A stretch of 64,000 nucleotides of DNA. Source: Candidatus Nomurabacteria bacterium (GTDB lineage Bacteria > Patescibacteriota > Minisyncoccia > Phycocordibacterales > UBA9973). Under the pieces are notes generated by a model, which searched no databases, was not told where the DNA came from, and worked only from the letters and a program-made list of their open reading frames with translations. The DNA is taken from the NCBI GenBank assembly GCA_943348755.1, contig CALQYS010000003.1, positions 2,482-66,481 of the forward strand, in the 5' to 3' direction. The position numbers were made by a program, and so were the translations under genes. This document shows, piece by piece, positions 10,631-20,514 of this stretch. Position 1 is the stretch's first letter. Every line of letters starts with the position of its first letter.

Positions 10631-10858
10631 CTACTCTCCCAAATATTCAAACCGAGGAACTTTCTTACCGTTAAGCTCCACTTCTTCCATAAATATGTCA
10701 AACGGTCGCACGAACATAGAATAGTCATCGTAAAGTTTCTTGTATACAACAAAACTTTCGCCTGTTTCAGAATGCCTCGCTAGTCCTAGCACCTGATAAT
10801 TCTTCTCTTTGCTTTTATAATGCCTATATTTACCTAACTTTATGCTTTTGTTTTCCAT
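10631..10858 (-). CDS. DUF1653 family protein
   Basis: GKYRHYK..YQVLGLARHSETGE..VVY..MFVRP..F. Confidence 0.9.
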   Translation of the reverse strand: MENKSIKLGKYRHYKSKEKNYQVLGLARHSETGESFVVYKKLYDDYSMFVRPFDIFMEEVELNGKKVPRFEYLGE

Positions 10859-10898
10859 ATTATTATTTTACCACATTATGCTAATAAAAGACTTTTTA

Positions 10899-11435
10899 TC
10901 ATAAATTATTTTGTATCCAATATCTTCTTTTTAGTCTTTCTTCGTGTTCAATTTTATTCTCCAAAACCCCGCCACATTTTTCTATGATTTTGGTTGAGCT
11001 AATGTTGTCATCGTCGCAGGTCACTAATACTTTATCAATACCAAGTTTTTTTGCCACAGATAAAGATAATTCTAGAATTTTTGTTCCATACCCTTGTTTT
11101 CTGGCTCTGGGTCGAATTGCATAACCAATGTGTCCACCTTCTAAAAGCAGATTTTCATTTAGACGGTGCCTGATCTTCGTCCAACCGATAAATTCTCCAT
11201 TCTCTACGAGCCACAACTCTGTCTGGGGAACTCTGTTTGCTGGTAAATTTATTCCTTCTTCTCTCTCCTTAATCTTTAGTAGAAGCTCGTCAAAATTGTC
11301 ATCGGGCTTTGTGCCACGCATGTAAATATTTTCTCCTTCAGCTTCAAATTCTTTGATAGCTTCTATGAAGCTGTTTCTATATTCCAAAGAAGGCTTTACG
11401 AGTTCTGGTTCTGATTTTTGCAGCTTAGACTTCAT
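10899..11435 (-). CDS. GNAT family N-acetyltransferase
   Basis: RHRLNENLLLEGGHIGYAIRPRARKQGYG, VTCDDDN..S.KIIEKCGG. Confidence 0.9.
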   Translation of the reverse strand: MKSKLQKSEPELVKPSLEYRNSFIEAIKEFEAEGENIYMRGTKPDDNFDELLLKIKEREEGINLPANRVPQTELWLVENGEFIGWTKIRHRLNENLLLEGGHIGYAIRPRARKQGYGTKILELSLSVAKKLGIDKVLVTCDDDNISSTKIIEKCGGVLENKIEHEERLKRRYWIQNNL

Positions 11436-11441
11436 AATATT

Positions 11442-11783
11442 TTACAATCCAAGATAGATTTTTAAAACTTTCTTTACTTTTTTCAAATTAGTAACGTCCA
11501 ATTCTCCAATTTTTCCCAAAATGACAGCTTTATCTAAAGTAGCGATCTTTGTAGTCCTTATAACTGATTGCAATTTAAGACCCGTCTTTTGAAAATCTTT
11601 ATCTTTTTGATCAACTAAAACATCTAACTTGTGAACTTTTTTTTGAATAACAGAAGAAATGAAACAAACAGTGATATCATCACCCCCATTTTGAAACCCA
11701 ATAATCAAAGCGGGACGAACTTTGTGTCCAGAAAGATCTGTAAAAGGAAAGGGGGTCAAAACTATATCTCCAGACTTATGCAT
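11442..11783 (-). CDS. PemK/MazF family toxin (endoribonuclease)
   Basis: GDIVLTPFPFTDLSGHKVRPALII..TGLKLQSVIR. Confidence 0.88.
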   Translation of the reverse strand: MHKSGDIVLTPFPFTDLSGHKVRPALIIGFQNGGDDITVCFISSVIQKKVHKLDVLVDQKDKDFQKTGLKLQSVIRTTKIATLDKAVILGKIGELDVTNLKKVKKVLKIYLGL

Positions 11784-12036
11784 ATTTATGCTTTATGTCT
11801 TTTATTGAGTAAATTTCAGGTTCATCAGAAAGAAAATCGAAACTTCTCGAGTATGCATTAATATTTGTTATCTCGGTAAGTTTTCCGTTCCAAAGATTTG
11901 GGAAAGGGATGAGAACAGCCTCGGGGATATTTCTACGTCCAAGAACAATAGATTTACCGCTTGTAGCTACGATATCAATAAAATCGCTTATATTTTCACG
12001 CAATTTTGTTGTAGAAAGAGTTTTTATGTGATTCAT
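11776..12036 (-). CDS. Phd/YefM-like antitoxin
   Basis: KTLSTTKLRENISDFIDIV..IVLGRRNIPEAVLIP; overlaps toxin start; start at 12036 is inferred. Confidence 0.75.
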   Translation of the reverse strand: MNHIKTLSTTKLRENISDFIDIVATSGKSIVLGRRNIPEAVLIPFPNLWNGKLTEITNINAYSRSFDFLSDEPEIYSIKDIKHKYA

Positions 12037-12042
12037 ACCCAT

Positions 12043-12071
12043 ATTGTACAAAATGTACAAATTAAAAGCAA
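12043..12071 (-). promoter_or_regulatory. toxin-antitoxin promoter with overlapping TGTACA operator palindromes
   Basis: TTGCTT-17 bp-TACAAT; TGTACA at 12045-12050 and 12054-12059. Confidence 0.65.
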
Positions 12072-12110
12072 GAGCAAGTGTGGATTACTAAAAACCAGTA
12101 TTGTAATACA

Positions 12111-12623
12111 TTATTTATTTTTATAAAATTCGTTATGTTCTTTTATACCTTCTGCCAAGGGAGCCAATCCTACTGATTTTCGTCTCTCGTCAACATGATC
12201 TGGATCTTCAATAGGTCTAGGTACTCCATCTGAAAATTGAGTTCCATAAGTCTGCGGACTTTTTTCATTTACAAGTACTCTATCTTCAAGATAAGCGACG
12301 TCAGTTTGATCTACGTCTTTTCCTGAATCTTTCATTAACTCTAGACAGTGTCTTTGGAAAACAACATCATGATCCGCGTGTTGAACTAAGAGCCATGCCA
12401 TATGTGCAACATCCTTCCCAGCTTTTGAAACAGTTGGCCAACCTATTTGACGTATAATTTCTTTCATTCTCTCAGTGTTTCGTGCATCAAGTGTATTGTC
12501 TTCTTCATTTTCAATGATACCGCCATTCGCCAAAGCTCGTTCTCTCATATTTTGATCTCTCGCGCACATATTTCTTATCTCTTGAGAAAACAACTCTATT
12601 TGTGTTGGAGCTCTTTCGTTCAT
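12111..12623 (-). CDS. DUF6624-like protein
   Basis: DQ..R, IGWP, AWLLVQHAD, AYLEDR..Q.YGTQF, VDERRKSVGL. Confidence 0.8.
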   Translation of the reverse strand: MNERAPTQIELFSQEIRNMCARDQNMRERALANGGIIENEEDNTLDARNTERMKEIIRQIGWPTVSKAGKDVAHMAWLLVQHADHDVVFQRHCLELMKDSGKDVDQTDVAYLEDRVLVNEKSPQTYGTQFSDGVPRPIEDPDHVDERRKSVGLAPLAEGIKEHNEFYKNK

Positions 12624-12627
12624 TTTT

Positions 12628-15147
12628 TTAGTTAACCAACGACTTTCGATGTTGCGGCGCATTGATGAGACCGCATTTTTTGTATTTATAGACTTCGCCA
12701 GTTGCGGGATTTATCGCTCCGCAAGGACAAGGGTCATTCCTGCCTACGTCTTTAGCCGCGTCAGAATTTACAGTACTAGACTTTTTCTCTTCATGACCAG
12801 TCAAAAAGACTTCTTTTGGCGTATTATTCTCCGGAGCCGTTGTCACATTTTTAGTGTCGATGGTACTGACCAGGGAAAATACCTGCTCCTTGAATGTTTG
12901 TTCCATTTCTTTAAACATCGCCAGGCCATCTTTCTTGTATTCTACGATTGGTTCGCGCTGACCATAGGCTCGCAAGTTTACGGAAGATCGTAGATAATCC
13001 ATCGCCTCTAGATGCTCCATCCAAAGAGTGTCCGTAGTATAAAGGGCAATCCTGCGAACCGTTTCCAAGAATGCAACATCTCCTATCTTCTTCCTCTTTT
13101 CTTCTACTGTTTTTTCAGCTCCTTCATGTTCTTTTACTATATTTGTAAGCAAAGTCTCTATCTCTTCTTTCTTTGCATTGAGCATATTTTGGCGTCTCTC
13201 ATAAATGATTTTTCTCTGGTGGTTCATCACGTCATCGTATTCAAGTGTATTTTTGCGAGCATCAAAATGAAAACCTTCTATTTTCGCCTGAGCGGACTCT
13301 AAGGTCTTGCCGATAAATCTATTTTCGATCGGCTGATCCTCGGGAATACCAAAACGTCCCATCATGTTCTTTATTTTGTCTGATCCGAAAACACGCATCA
13401 GATCATCTTCGAGCGAGACATAAAACTGCGTCTCACCAGGATCCCCCTGCCTGCCGGAGCGTCCGCGGAGCTGGTTGTCTATTCGGCGCGCTTCATGCCT
13501 CTCCGTACCCAAAACAAAAAGTCCGCCGACATTTTTTACAAATTCATATTCTCCTTGGGTGTGAGGGTTACCCCCGAGCTTGATGTCTATTCCACGCCCA
13601 GCCATGTTGGTAGCAATGGTCACCGCGCCCCTTTTACCGGCTTGAGCGATGATTTCGCCCTCTTTTTCGTGATTCTTGGCGTTTAAAATTACATGTTGCA
13701 CCCCTTCTTGCCTTAGATAAGCGGAAAGAAGTTCGTTTTTTTCTATGGAAATAGTTCCGATGAGCACAGGCATGCCCTTAGTGTTCAGTTCCTTTACTTT
13801 TTTGGCAATCGCTTGGAATTTGCCTTTCTCTGTTTGAAAAATTAAATCATTGTGGTCTTTGCGGACTACCGGACGATTAGTCGGGATGACAATGACATCA
13901 AGACCATAAACTTTCAAAAATTCTTCCGCGGAAGTTTCGGCCGTACCAGTCATGCCAGAAAGCTTTTTGTAAAATCTAAAATAATTCTGGAAAGTAATCG
14001 AACCAGATGAACGAGTTTCTTTTTCTATTTTCACACCCTCCTTCGCCTCGATGGCTTGGTGGATGCCTTCAGACCAACGCCTACCATGCTGCAAACGTCC
14101 AGTAAAGGGATCAACTATTATCACTTCACCTTCCTTAACCACATAATCCTTGTCTTTTTCGAAAATCGCTTGCGCTTTGACCGCCGTTTCTAGATGGTGC
14201 ACATACTTGATGCCCTTTTCGGTGTAAATATTTTCCACTCCAAGTAATTGTTCCGCCTTGGTAATACCAGCATCAGTCAAAGTGATCGCTCTGAGTTTTT
14301 CATCTACTTCGTAATCGGCATCCCGTTTTAGCTGCTTGGCAATTTGATAAAACTTTATATAGAAATCTTCCGAATCTCCGGCTGAGCTCGAGATGATAAG
14401 CGGAGTACGTGCTTCGTCGATTAAAATAGAGTCCACTTCGTCGACAACAGCATAATTGTGACCTCTCTGGACTAAACCATTTATATCTACGGCCAAATTG
14501 TCTCTTAAGTAATCAAATCCATACTCATGATTCGTACCGTAAGTCACATCAGCTGAATATGCTTCTTTACGTGAAACTGGTTTTAAGAAATCATAGACAA
14601 CCTTAAATTCCCCAACTTGATCACGTTCTTTGTCTTCTTCTTTATGTGTACTATCGTATAAATAAGAAACGTTGTTGGAATTTATAACTCCCACCGAAAG
14701 TCCTAGGAAATTGTAGACTTGCCCCATCAAGACTGCTCCAATGCGAGAAAGGTAGTCATTGACCGTGACGATGTGCACACCCTCCCCAGTGAGGGCGTTT
14801 AGGTATGCCGGAAGAACTGCCACTAAAGTCTTTCCTTCACCGGTGCGCATCTCTGCGATTTTGCCCTTGTGGAGCGCGAGACCTCCGATCAGCTGGACAT
14901 CATAATGCCTTTCACCTAGGTTCCTCTTGGCTGCCTCTCGCACTAGAGCGAAGGCCTCGGGTAAAATATCATCCAGAGCCTCGTTTTTAGATAATCTATC
15001 TTTGAATTCCTGTGTTTTCTTTGGAAAATCTGCATCAGCCAATTTCGAAACATCCGCTTCTAAAGCGTTGATTTTATCTATTGTTTTTGAGACATTCCCA
15101 ATGAACTTGGAGCTCTCATTGCCGAACATTTTGCTGAATAAAGACAT
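12628..15147 (-). CDS. secA: preprotein translocase ATPase SecA
   Basis: AEMRTGEGKT, VDEVDSILIDEARTPLIIS, ATNMAGRG, QLRGRSGRQGDPG; start at 15147 is inferred. Confidence 0.97.
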   Translation of the reverse strand: MSLFSKMFGNESSKFIGNVSKTIDKINALEADVSKLADADFPKKTQEFKDRLSKNEALDDILPEAFALVREAAKRNLGERHYDVQLIGGLALHKGKIAEMRTGEGKTLVAVLPAYLNALTGEGVHIVTVNDYLSRIGAVLMGQVYNFLGLSVGVINSNNVSYLYDSTHKEEDKERDQVGEFKVVYDFLKPVSRKEAYSADVTYGTNHEYGFDYLRDNLAVDINGLVQRGHNYAVVDEVDSILIDEARTPLIISSSAGDSEDFYIKFYQIAKQLKRDADYEVDEKLRAITLTDAGITKAEQLLGVENIYTEKGIKYVHHLETAVKAQAIFEKDKDYVVKEGEVIIVDPFTGRLQHGRRWSEGIHQAIEAKEGVKIEKETRSSGSITFQNYFRFYKKLSGMTGTAETSAEEFLKVYGLDVIVIPTNRPVVRKDHNDLIFQTEKGKFQAIAKKVKELNTKGMPVLIGTISIEKNELLSAYLRQEGVQHVILNAKNHEKEGEIIAQAGKRGAVTIATNMAGRGIDIKLGGNPHTQGEYEFVKNVGGLFVLGTERHEARRIDNQLRGRSGRQGDPGETQFYVSLEDDLMRVFGSDKIKNMMGRFGIPEDQPIENRFIGKTLESAQAKIEGFHFDARKNTLEYDDVMNHQRKIIYERRQNMLNAKKEEIETLLTNIVKEHEGAEKTVEEKRKKIGDVAFLETVRRIALYTTDTLWMEHLEAMDYLRSSVNLRAYGQREPIVEYKKDGLAMFKEMEQTFKEQVFSLVSTIDTKNVTTAPENNTPKEVFLTGHEEKKSSTVNSDAAKDVGRNDPCPCGAINPATGEVYKYKKCGLINAPQHRKSLVN

Positions 15148-15162
15148 AAGGGATATATTAGC

Positions 15163-15192
15163 ACAAAAATCCTCCAAAAGGAGGATTTTTGT
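15163..15192 (-). terminator. intrinsic terminator hairpin upstream of secA
   Basis: ACAAAAATCCTC..GAGGATTTTTGT. Confidence 0.6.
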
Positions 15193-15312
15193 AATTATTT
15201 TCATTTAAAGCGGGTGATGGCGAAACTCCAACATAAGTGCCTATGTGAGTGCGACCACCCGCTATAGATAAAAACAATTTATTCTAGATATTATAACATA
15301 ATCCAAATTCTG

Positions 15313-15383
15313 TGGACCTACGGGGAATCGGACCCCGGCCTCGTCCATGCCATGGACGCGTAATACCATTTTACTATAGGCCC
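15313..15383 (-). tRNA. tRNA-Ala(GGC)
   Basis: Cloverleaf with G3:U70 pair, anticodon loop ATGGCAT, discriminator A. Confidence 0.93.
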
Positions 15384-15418
15384 CAGCTGTTTATTTATAG
15401 CAAAAAAACAAAAAAATT

Positions 15419-16342
15419 CTAGCTAAGAGCGTTGTTAAGTACATGCTCTACCACATGATGCATCTTGGCGCCAACGGATTCGCAGACTTGGGCGAGATAC
15501 GAGTCCTTGCGTGGGTCTATTTTTGAATCAGCATGCAGAAGATGCACTTTCCCTCTTTTATCTAGCACAAAACTTAATTTTAGATATTGGGTGGCGCCCA
15601 TGTGAGCATGCAGATCTTTTGCCAAAGTCATGAGTTTTTCTTTCTCTTCGCTTGAAAGATCACCAAAGATGCCCACCACTGGGAAAGTGTAAACCTTTTC
15701 TCCGCGAAAATTCGCGAGCGAGTGCACACTCGCCACTTTGCCAGAAATAAATTGTTCCACCAAGATGCTCGTCTGGTGGTTCACCCCATCCTCGATAGCA
15801 TCTACTAGCTCTGGAAAAGTCTTTGCCAGATGCACCGGCATGTCAGAATTGTCAGTTAGAGACTTCACGATCCAAGGTCCGCCAAACTTACCATGAACTT
15901 CTTTCGCTTTTTTTATCGAATATCGTTCACGCGGTCCATCGAAATCTGCTTGATACAGAGGAAACATCATATGCCGGGGCATATTGACTCCGGCTTTTTT
16001 CATGTGCTCTGCCAGCATTGCCCGGCTTTTTTCTAAAGTATGAGAAAAGGGGTTGCTGCTGATATGAGGGATAGACAAACTTTGTAAAATATTTGAAAAG
16101 CTCGGATGCGAAGTATTCCAGACCACATCGACTTTACTCATCAAGTCCGAAGGGCTCACGGGCAACCCATGTATATGCCAAATGTGATCTTTATCAACTA
16201 AAATATCGCAGGTTTTATATTTATCTGATAAATTTTCGGAAATGTGTGAAATAATATCCCCGCCCCGCCGAAGCGAAGAAGCATAATGATCCCCTGCTCC
16301 ACCTCGTATTATCCCAACTCTTTTTTTAACAACACTCTGCAT
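15419..16342 (-). CDS. D-Ala--D-Ala ligase-like ATP-grasp protein (degenerate)
   Basis: RVGIIRGG..HYASSL..G N-terminus, PWIVK, ILVEQFISG; canonical ExNxxPG absent. Confidence 0.7.
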   Translation of the reverse strand: MQSVVKKRVGIIRGGAGDHYASSLRRGGDIISHISENLSDKYKTCDILVDKDHIWHIHGLPVSPSDLMSKVDVVWNTSHPSFSNILQSLSIPHISSNPFSHTLEKSRAMLAEHMKKAGVNMPRHMMFPLYQADFDGPRERYSIKKAKEVHGKFGGPWIVKSLTDNSDMPVHLAKTFPELVDAIEDGVNHQTSILVEQFISGKVASVHSLANFRGEKVYTFPVVGIFGDLSSEEKEKLMTLAKDLHAHMGATQYLKLSFVLDKRGKVHLLHADSKIDPRKDSYLAQVCESVGAKMHHVVEHVLNNALS

Positions 16343-16372
16343 CTAAAAATTATAACATAAAAAAACATCCAT

Positions 16373-16424
16373 AAAAGAAAACAGGCCGCGGGTCATCACA
16401 CAAGGTGACAACACACGCGACCTG
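16373..16424 (-). terminator. intrinsic terminator
   Basis: CAGGTCGCG...CGCGGCCTG stem followed by TTTTCTTTT on the minus strand. Confidence 0.65.
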
Positions 16425-16436
16425 GATTGAGTGAAC

Positions 16437-16613
16437 TTACTGCTCTTGCGGTTCGAGATACACCCTGTCCCAACCCCTGCCATCAGGACTTGGGATGATA
16501 ATCCTTTTGGGATCTGGCTCCCAGAACCTCGGGTGTGCCGTCTTCCTGAGACCATCAGTGCTGGGCGGGGGCTCACTTTGCCGAACTGTGTCTTTTTGGT
16601 ATGGTTTCGCCAT
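16437..16613 (-). CDS. small hypothetical protein, 58 aa (below ORF-track cutoff)
   Basis: MAKPYQKDTVRQSEPPPSTDGLRKTAHPRFWEPDPKRIIIPSPDGRGWDRVYLEPQEQ*, between a consensus promoter and a terminator, with an A/C-rich pre-ATG tract. Confidence 0.55.
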   Translation of the reverse strand: MAKPYQKDTVRQSEPPPSTDGLRKTAHPRFWEPDPKRIIIPSPDGRGWDRVYLEPQEQ

Positions 16614-16760
16614 AGGTTTTGTCGGTTGTTTTTATCCACTGAGATACCACTATGGTTCGTCTCAGCTTTTAATTTACAAGATTTTGTAGACTAGAAGCTG
16701 AAACGAACACAAGACCAAAAGACCTATAATTTAAAGAGCTTTATACCTTACTACCAGTTA

Positions 16761-16789
16761 ATTATACACCCATTGTGTGATTTTGTCAA
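16761..16789 (-). promoter_or_regulatory. perfect consensus sigma70 promoter
   Basis: TTGACA-17 bp-TATAAT. Confidence 0.75.
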
Positions 16790-16805
16790 TCATAATTTAA
16801 GCAAC

Positions 16806-16834
16806 AAAAAAACCATATTTTGTATGGTTTTTTT
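16806..16834 (-). terminator. terminator of the 16S transcript
   Basis: AAAAAAACCATA..TATGGTTTTTTT. Confidence 0.65.
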
Positions 16835-17065
16835 GAAGCTTGCCCCGCCTTGGCGGGGTGAACTGTCCTTTGTTTTGTTTCGTTCTTATAACCTTGGGTC
16901 TTTGCCTCATGTCAAATAGTTTTTAAGACGTTCTATCATTGTCTATTACACGCTCAATTGAGGCGTGCAATACCGACTCAGTTAGTCCAATCTCGCGGGG
17001 CGAAATCAAGATGTATCTGAGATACATCTTCAACATTAATAAATTAATGTCGGGACAGTTTTCAA

Positions 17066-18613
<1,548 letters not shown>

Positions 18614-18914
18614 AGTTTACCCCGCCGAGGCGGGGTCCTCAAAATTCATAGTCGCTTGCGCTTCCTGAATTTTGGGAGAACGAAACAAAACAAAAAACAG
18701 CATGTTTTCTGATTCTATATTTCTATTTAGTTTAGAGTTTAATCTTTTGCTCTAAAAATTATCTTTATACTTACTCAAATTCATTTTTGAGACTTGCTTC
18801 CCTCCCGAACTGTGGGAGGGGTTCTCAATTTATTACTTTGTCAAAGAGGCTTTACTCCGCCTTAGCGGGGTCAAATTAAAACGTCATTCCACTAAAGGAA
18901 AGACGCTGAAAGCA

Positions 18915-18943
18915 AGTATATATGAAGAGAAATCACAAGTCAA
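18915..18943 (-). promoter_or_regulatory. rRNA promoter, with boxA-like CTCTTTGACAA at ~18838-18848
   Basis: TTGACT-17 bp-TATACT about 300 nt upstream of the 16S. Confidence 0.7.
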
Positions 18944-18946
18944 GTA

Positions 18947-18977
18947 CAAAAAAGCCCCTATTTCTGGGGCTTTTTTG
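18947..18977 (-). terminator. intrinsic terminator
   Basis: AAAAAAGCCCC..GGGGCTTTTTT. Confidence 0.75.
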
Positions 18978-18992
18978 TGTACTTTTATTTGC

Positions 18993-19046
18993 CTATTTCT
19001 TCTTTGGTTTCTTCTTTTCTTTTCTATGCCCGTCTCCTTTTGCCAT
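18993..19046 (-). CDS. 17-aa Lys-rich peptide
   Basis: MAKGDGHRKEKKKPKKK*; followed by a terminator and preceded by the same 5' element as the DUF5679 gene. Confidence 0.55.
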   Translation of the reverse strand: MAKGDGHRKEKKKPKKK

Positions 19047-19059
19047 ATGATTTTTTATA

Positions 19060-19136
19060 TTGCGATAGAAAAATAAATCTTCCAAGAGCATTCTCCTTAT
19101 GACCTAACGTAGGAAGATTTGATTTTTCTTGAGCAA
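19060..19136. repeat. 77-nt structured element, copy 1
   Basis: 68/77 identical to 19997-20073; long stem with a compensatory change. Confidence 0.85.
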
Positions 19137-19156
19137 TGATTATTAGCTAATAAACT

Positions 19157-19579
19157 CTACCTCCAAGCACCAATGATCGCGCCCATTGCTAGAATCGATA
19201 CAAGTGAAGCAACTATCTCAAACAACCAAAGCTTTACTGACCTCTTCATCCAGATTACTTCCATTGAAGAAGATGTGACTACAAAACCGAGCCAGAGGAA
19301 GAAACCTATAGTCATGCCGCATGCCACCGCAGAACCACCGCCCGCGACTGATGAAGTCGAAGCAAACAAATACATGACCGCGAGCACATAAGCAGCGACA
19401 ACATTCATGATGTAGTTCTTGATCATCTGCGGAATCATATCTGAAAATTTTTCATTGCCTGTAGGATGAACATTCGCGAGCTTCATCCAGGTTTTGCCGA
19501 ACAATGGCCCATGAAACAAGAAACCAATAACAAAATTTGCTAACGCCGCAACCAACACTGCCCAATAATTTATTTCCAT
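19157..19579 (-). CDS. DUF1761 family membrane protein
   Basis: INYWAVLVAA..GFL..GPLFGKTWMK. Confidence 0.85.
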   Translation of the reverse strand: MEINYWAVLVAALANFVIGFLFHGPLFGKTWMKLANVHPTGNEKFSDMIPQMIKNYIMNVVAAYVLAVMYLFASTSSVAGGGSAVACGMTIGFFLWLGFVVTSSSMEVIWMKRSVKLWLFEIVASLVSILAMGAIIGAWR

Positions 19580-19605
19580 ATTTTTTTCTTAAACTAATAA
19601 TTATT

Positions 19606-19761
19606 TTAATGTGAACTTGTGGCTAGAATGAACCAATACATCAGCAATATGCCAAAAATTTCCAGATTCTCAAAAAAAAGCTTTTGGTCTGGCTTGAATG
19701 CAAGAATAACAACAATGATGCCGTAGATTAGGAGAATCCATAGAAAATTTTTCGCTGACAT
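19606..19761 (-). CDS. small 2-TM membrane protein, 51 aa
   Basis: Manual translation MSAKNFLWILLIYGIIVVILAFKPDQKLFFENLEIFGILLMYWFILATSSH* fills the gap. Confidence 0.5.
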   Translation of the reverse strand: MSAKNFLWILLIYGIIVVILAFKPDQKLFFENLEIFGILLMYWFILATSSH

Positions 19762-19799
19762 ACGACTGGGTTGCTTGTTCTTAAGTAAATAGTAAATAA

Positions 19800-19985
19800 T
19801 TATTTCATCGCCTCAGCATCTGCTTTAGACATGAACTTGAACTGATTACCCCCACAGACACTGCATTGCCCTTTAGCAGAATACCTGCCATTCTTTTCTT
19901 CTACCTTTACGTTCTTCATAACTTGCATCGTAGGCTTGTTATTTGCATCACGACACTTCATACACAAAGCTTTTAATTCTGCCAT
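19800..19985 (-). CDS. DUF5679-like small zinc-ribbon basic protein
   Basis: ALCMKCR...KNGRYSAKGQCSVCG..QFKF. Confidence 0.8.
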   Translation of the reverse strand: MAELKALCMKCRDANNKPTMQVMKNVKVEEKNGRYSAKGQCSVCGGNQFKFMSKADAEAMK

Positions 19986-19996
19986 ATAATTTTTGC

Positions 19997-20073
19997 TTGC
20001 GAGAGAAAAATAAATTTTCCAAGAGCATTGTCCTTATGACCTCAGCTAGGGAAATTTGATTTTTCTCGAGCAA
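19997..20073. repeat. 77-nt structured element, copy 2
   Basis: Direct repeat of 19060-19136. Confidence 0.85.
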
Positions 20074-20106
20074 TATAATAATTAATTAATAATATCAAAT
20101 ACTATA

Positions 20107-20493
20107 TCATATTTTAGAAATTACGGTATAGGCAATAGCACTGACCACGGCAGTAGCAAATACTCCCCATGCGACATCAGCAACTGTAATAACAAGTGGC
20201 CATTTGGCAATGGTAGCTTGATTTGTCAGGTCATAAGTAGCGTAAGCTAAAAGTCCCAGAAAAGCTCCACGGAAAAGAGCAACATACACAGACCTAACTA
20301 CAAGTGCAGGATTAACCACAAAGTACATAACACCGAAAGCGTACATAATATAAAAAATAGCCGCTGGCCATACGATGAATTCTCCTGAAAAAATCTGAGC
20401 TAGATATTTGTGATAAAAATCTTTCGTGATAATGCCAAGCCAAACAGCATCGAAAGTTATTAATGAGACAAGGATTGTAAAATATGTTTTCAT
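20107..20493 (-). CDS. DUF2177 family membrane protein
   Basis: DAVWLG, GAFLGLLAYATYDLTN, DVAWG. Confidence 0.88.
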   Translation of the reverse strand: MKTYFTILVSLITFDAVWLGIITKDFYHKYLAQIFSGEFIVWPAAIFYIMYAFGVMYFVVNPALVVRSVYVALFRGAFLGLLAYATYDLTNQATIAKWPLVITVADVAWGVFATAVVSAIAYTVISKI

Positions 20494-20514
20494 AGAATTA
20501 TTATACCACTTTAT

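Noticed and set aside
16343-16694. ORF-track ORFs 16343-16639(-), 16431-16694(+) and 16495-16689(+)
   Set aside because: They run through the terminator or oppose the promoter; the 58-aa frame fits the signals better
19060-20073. Integron attC sites
   Set aside because: Bulged-base hairpin is suggestive, but RYYYAAC/GTTRRRY boxes and an integron integrase are absent
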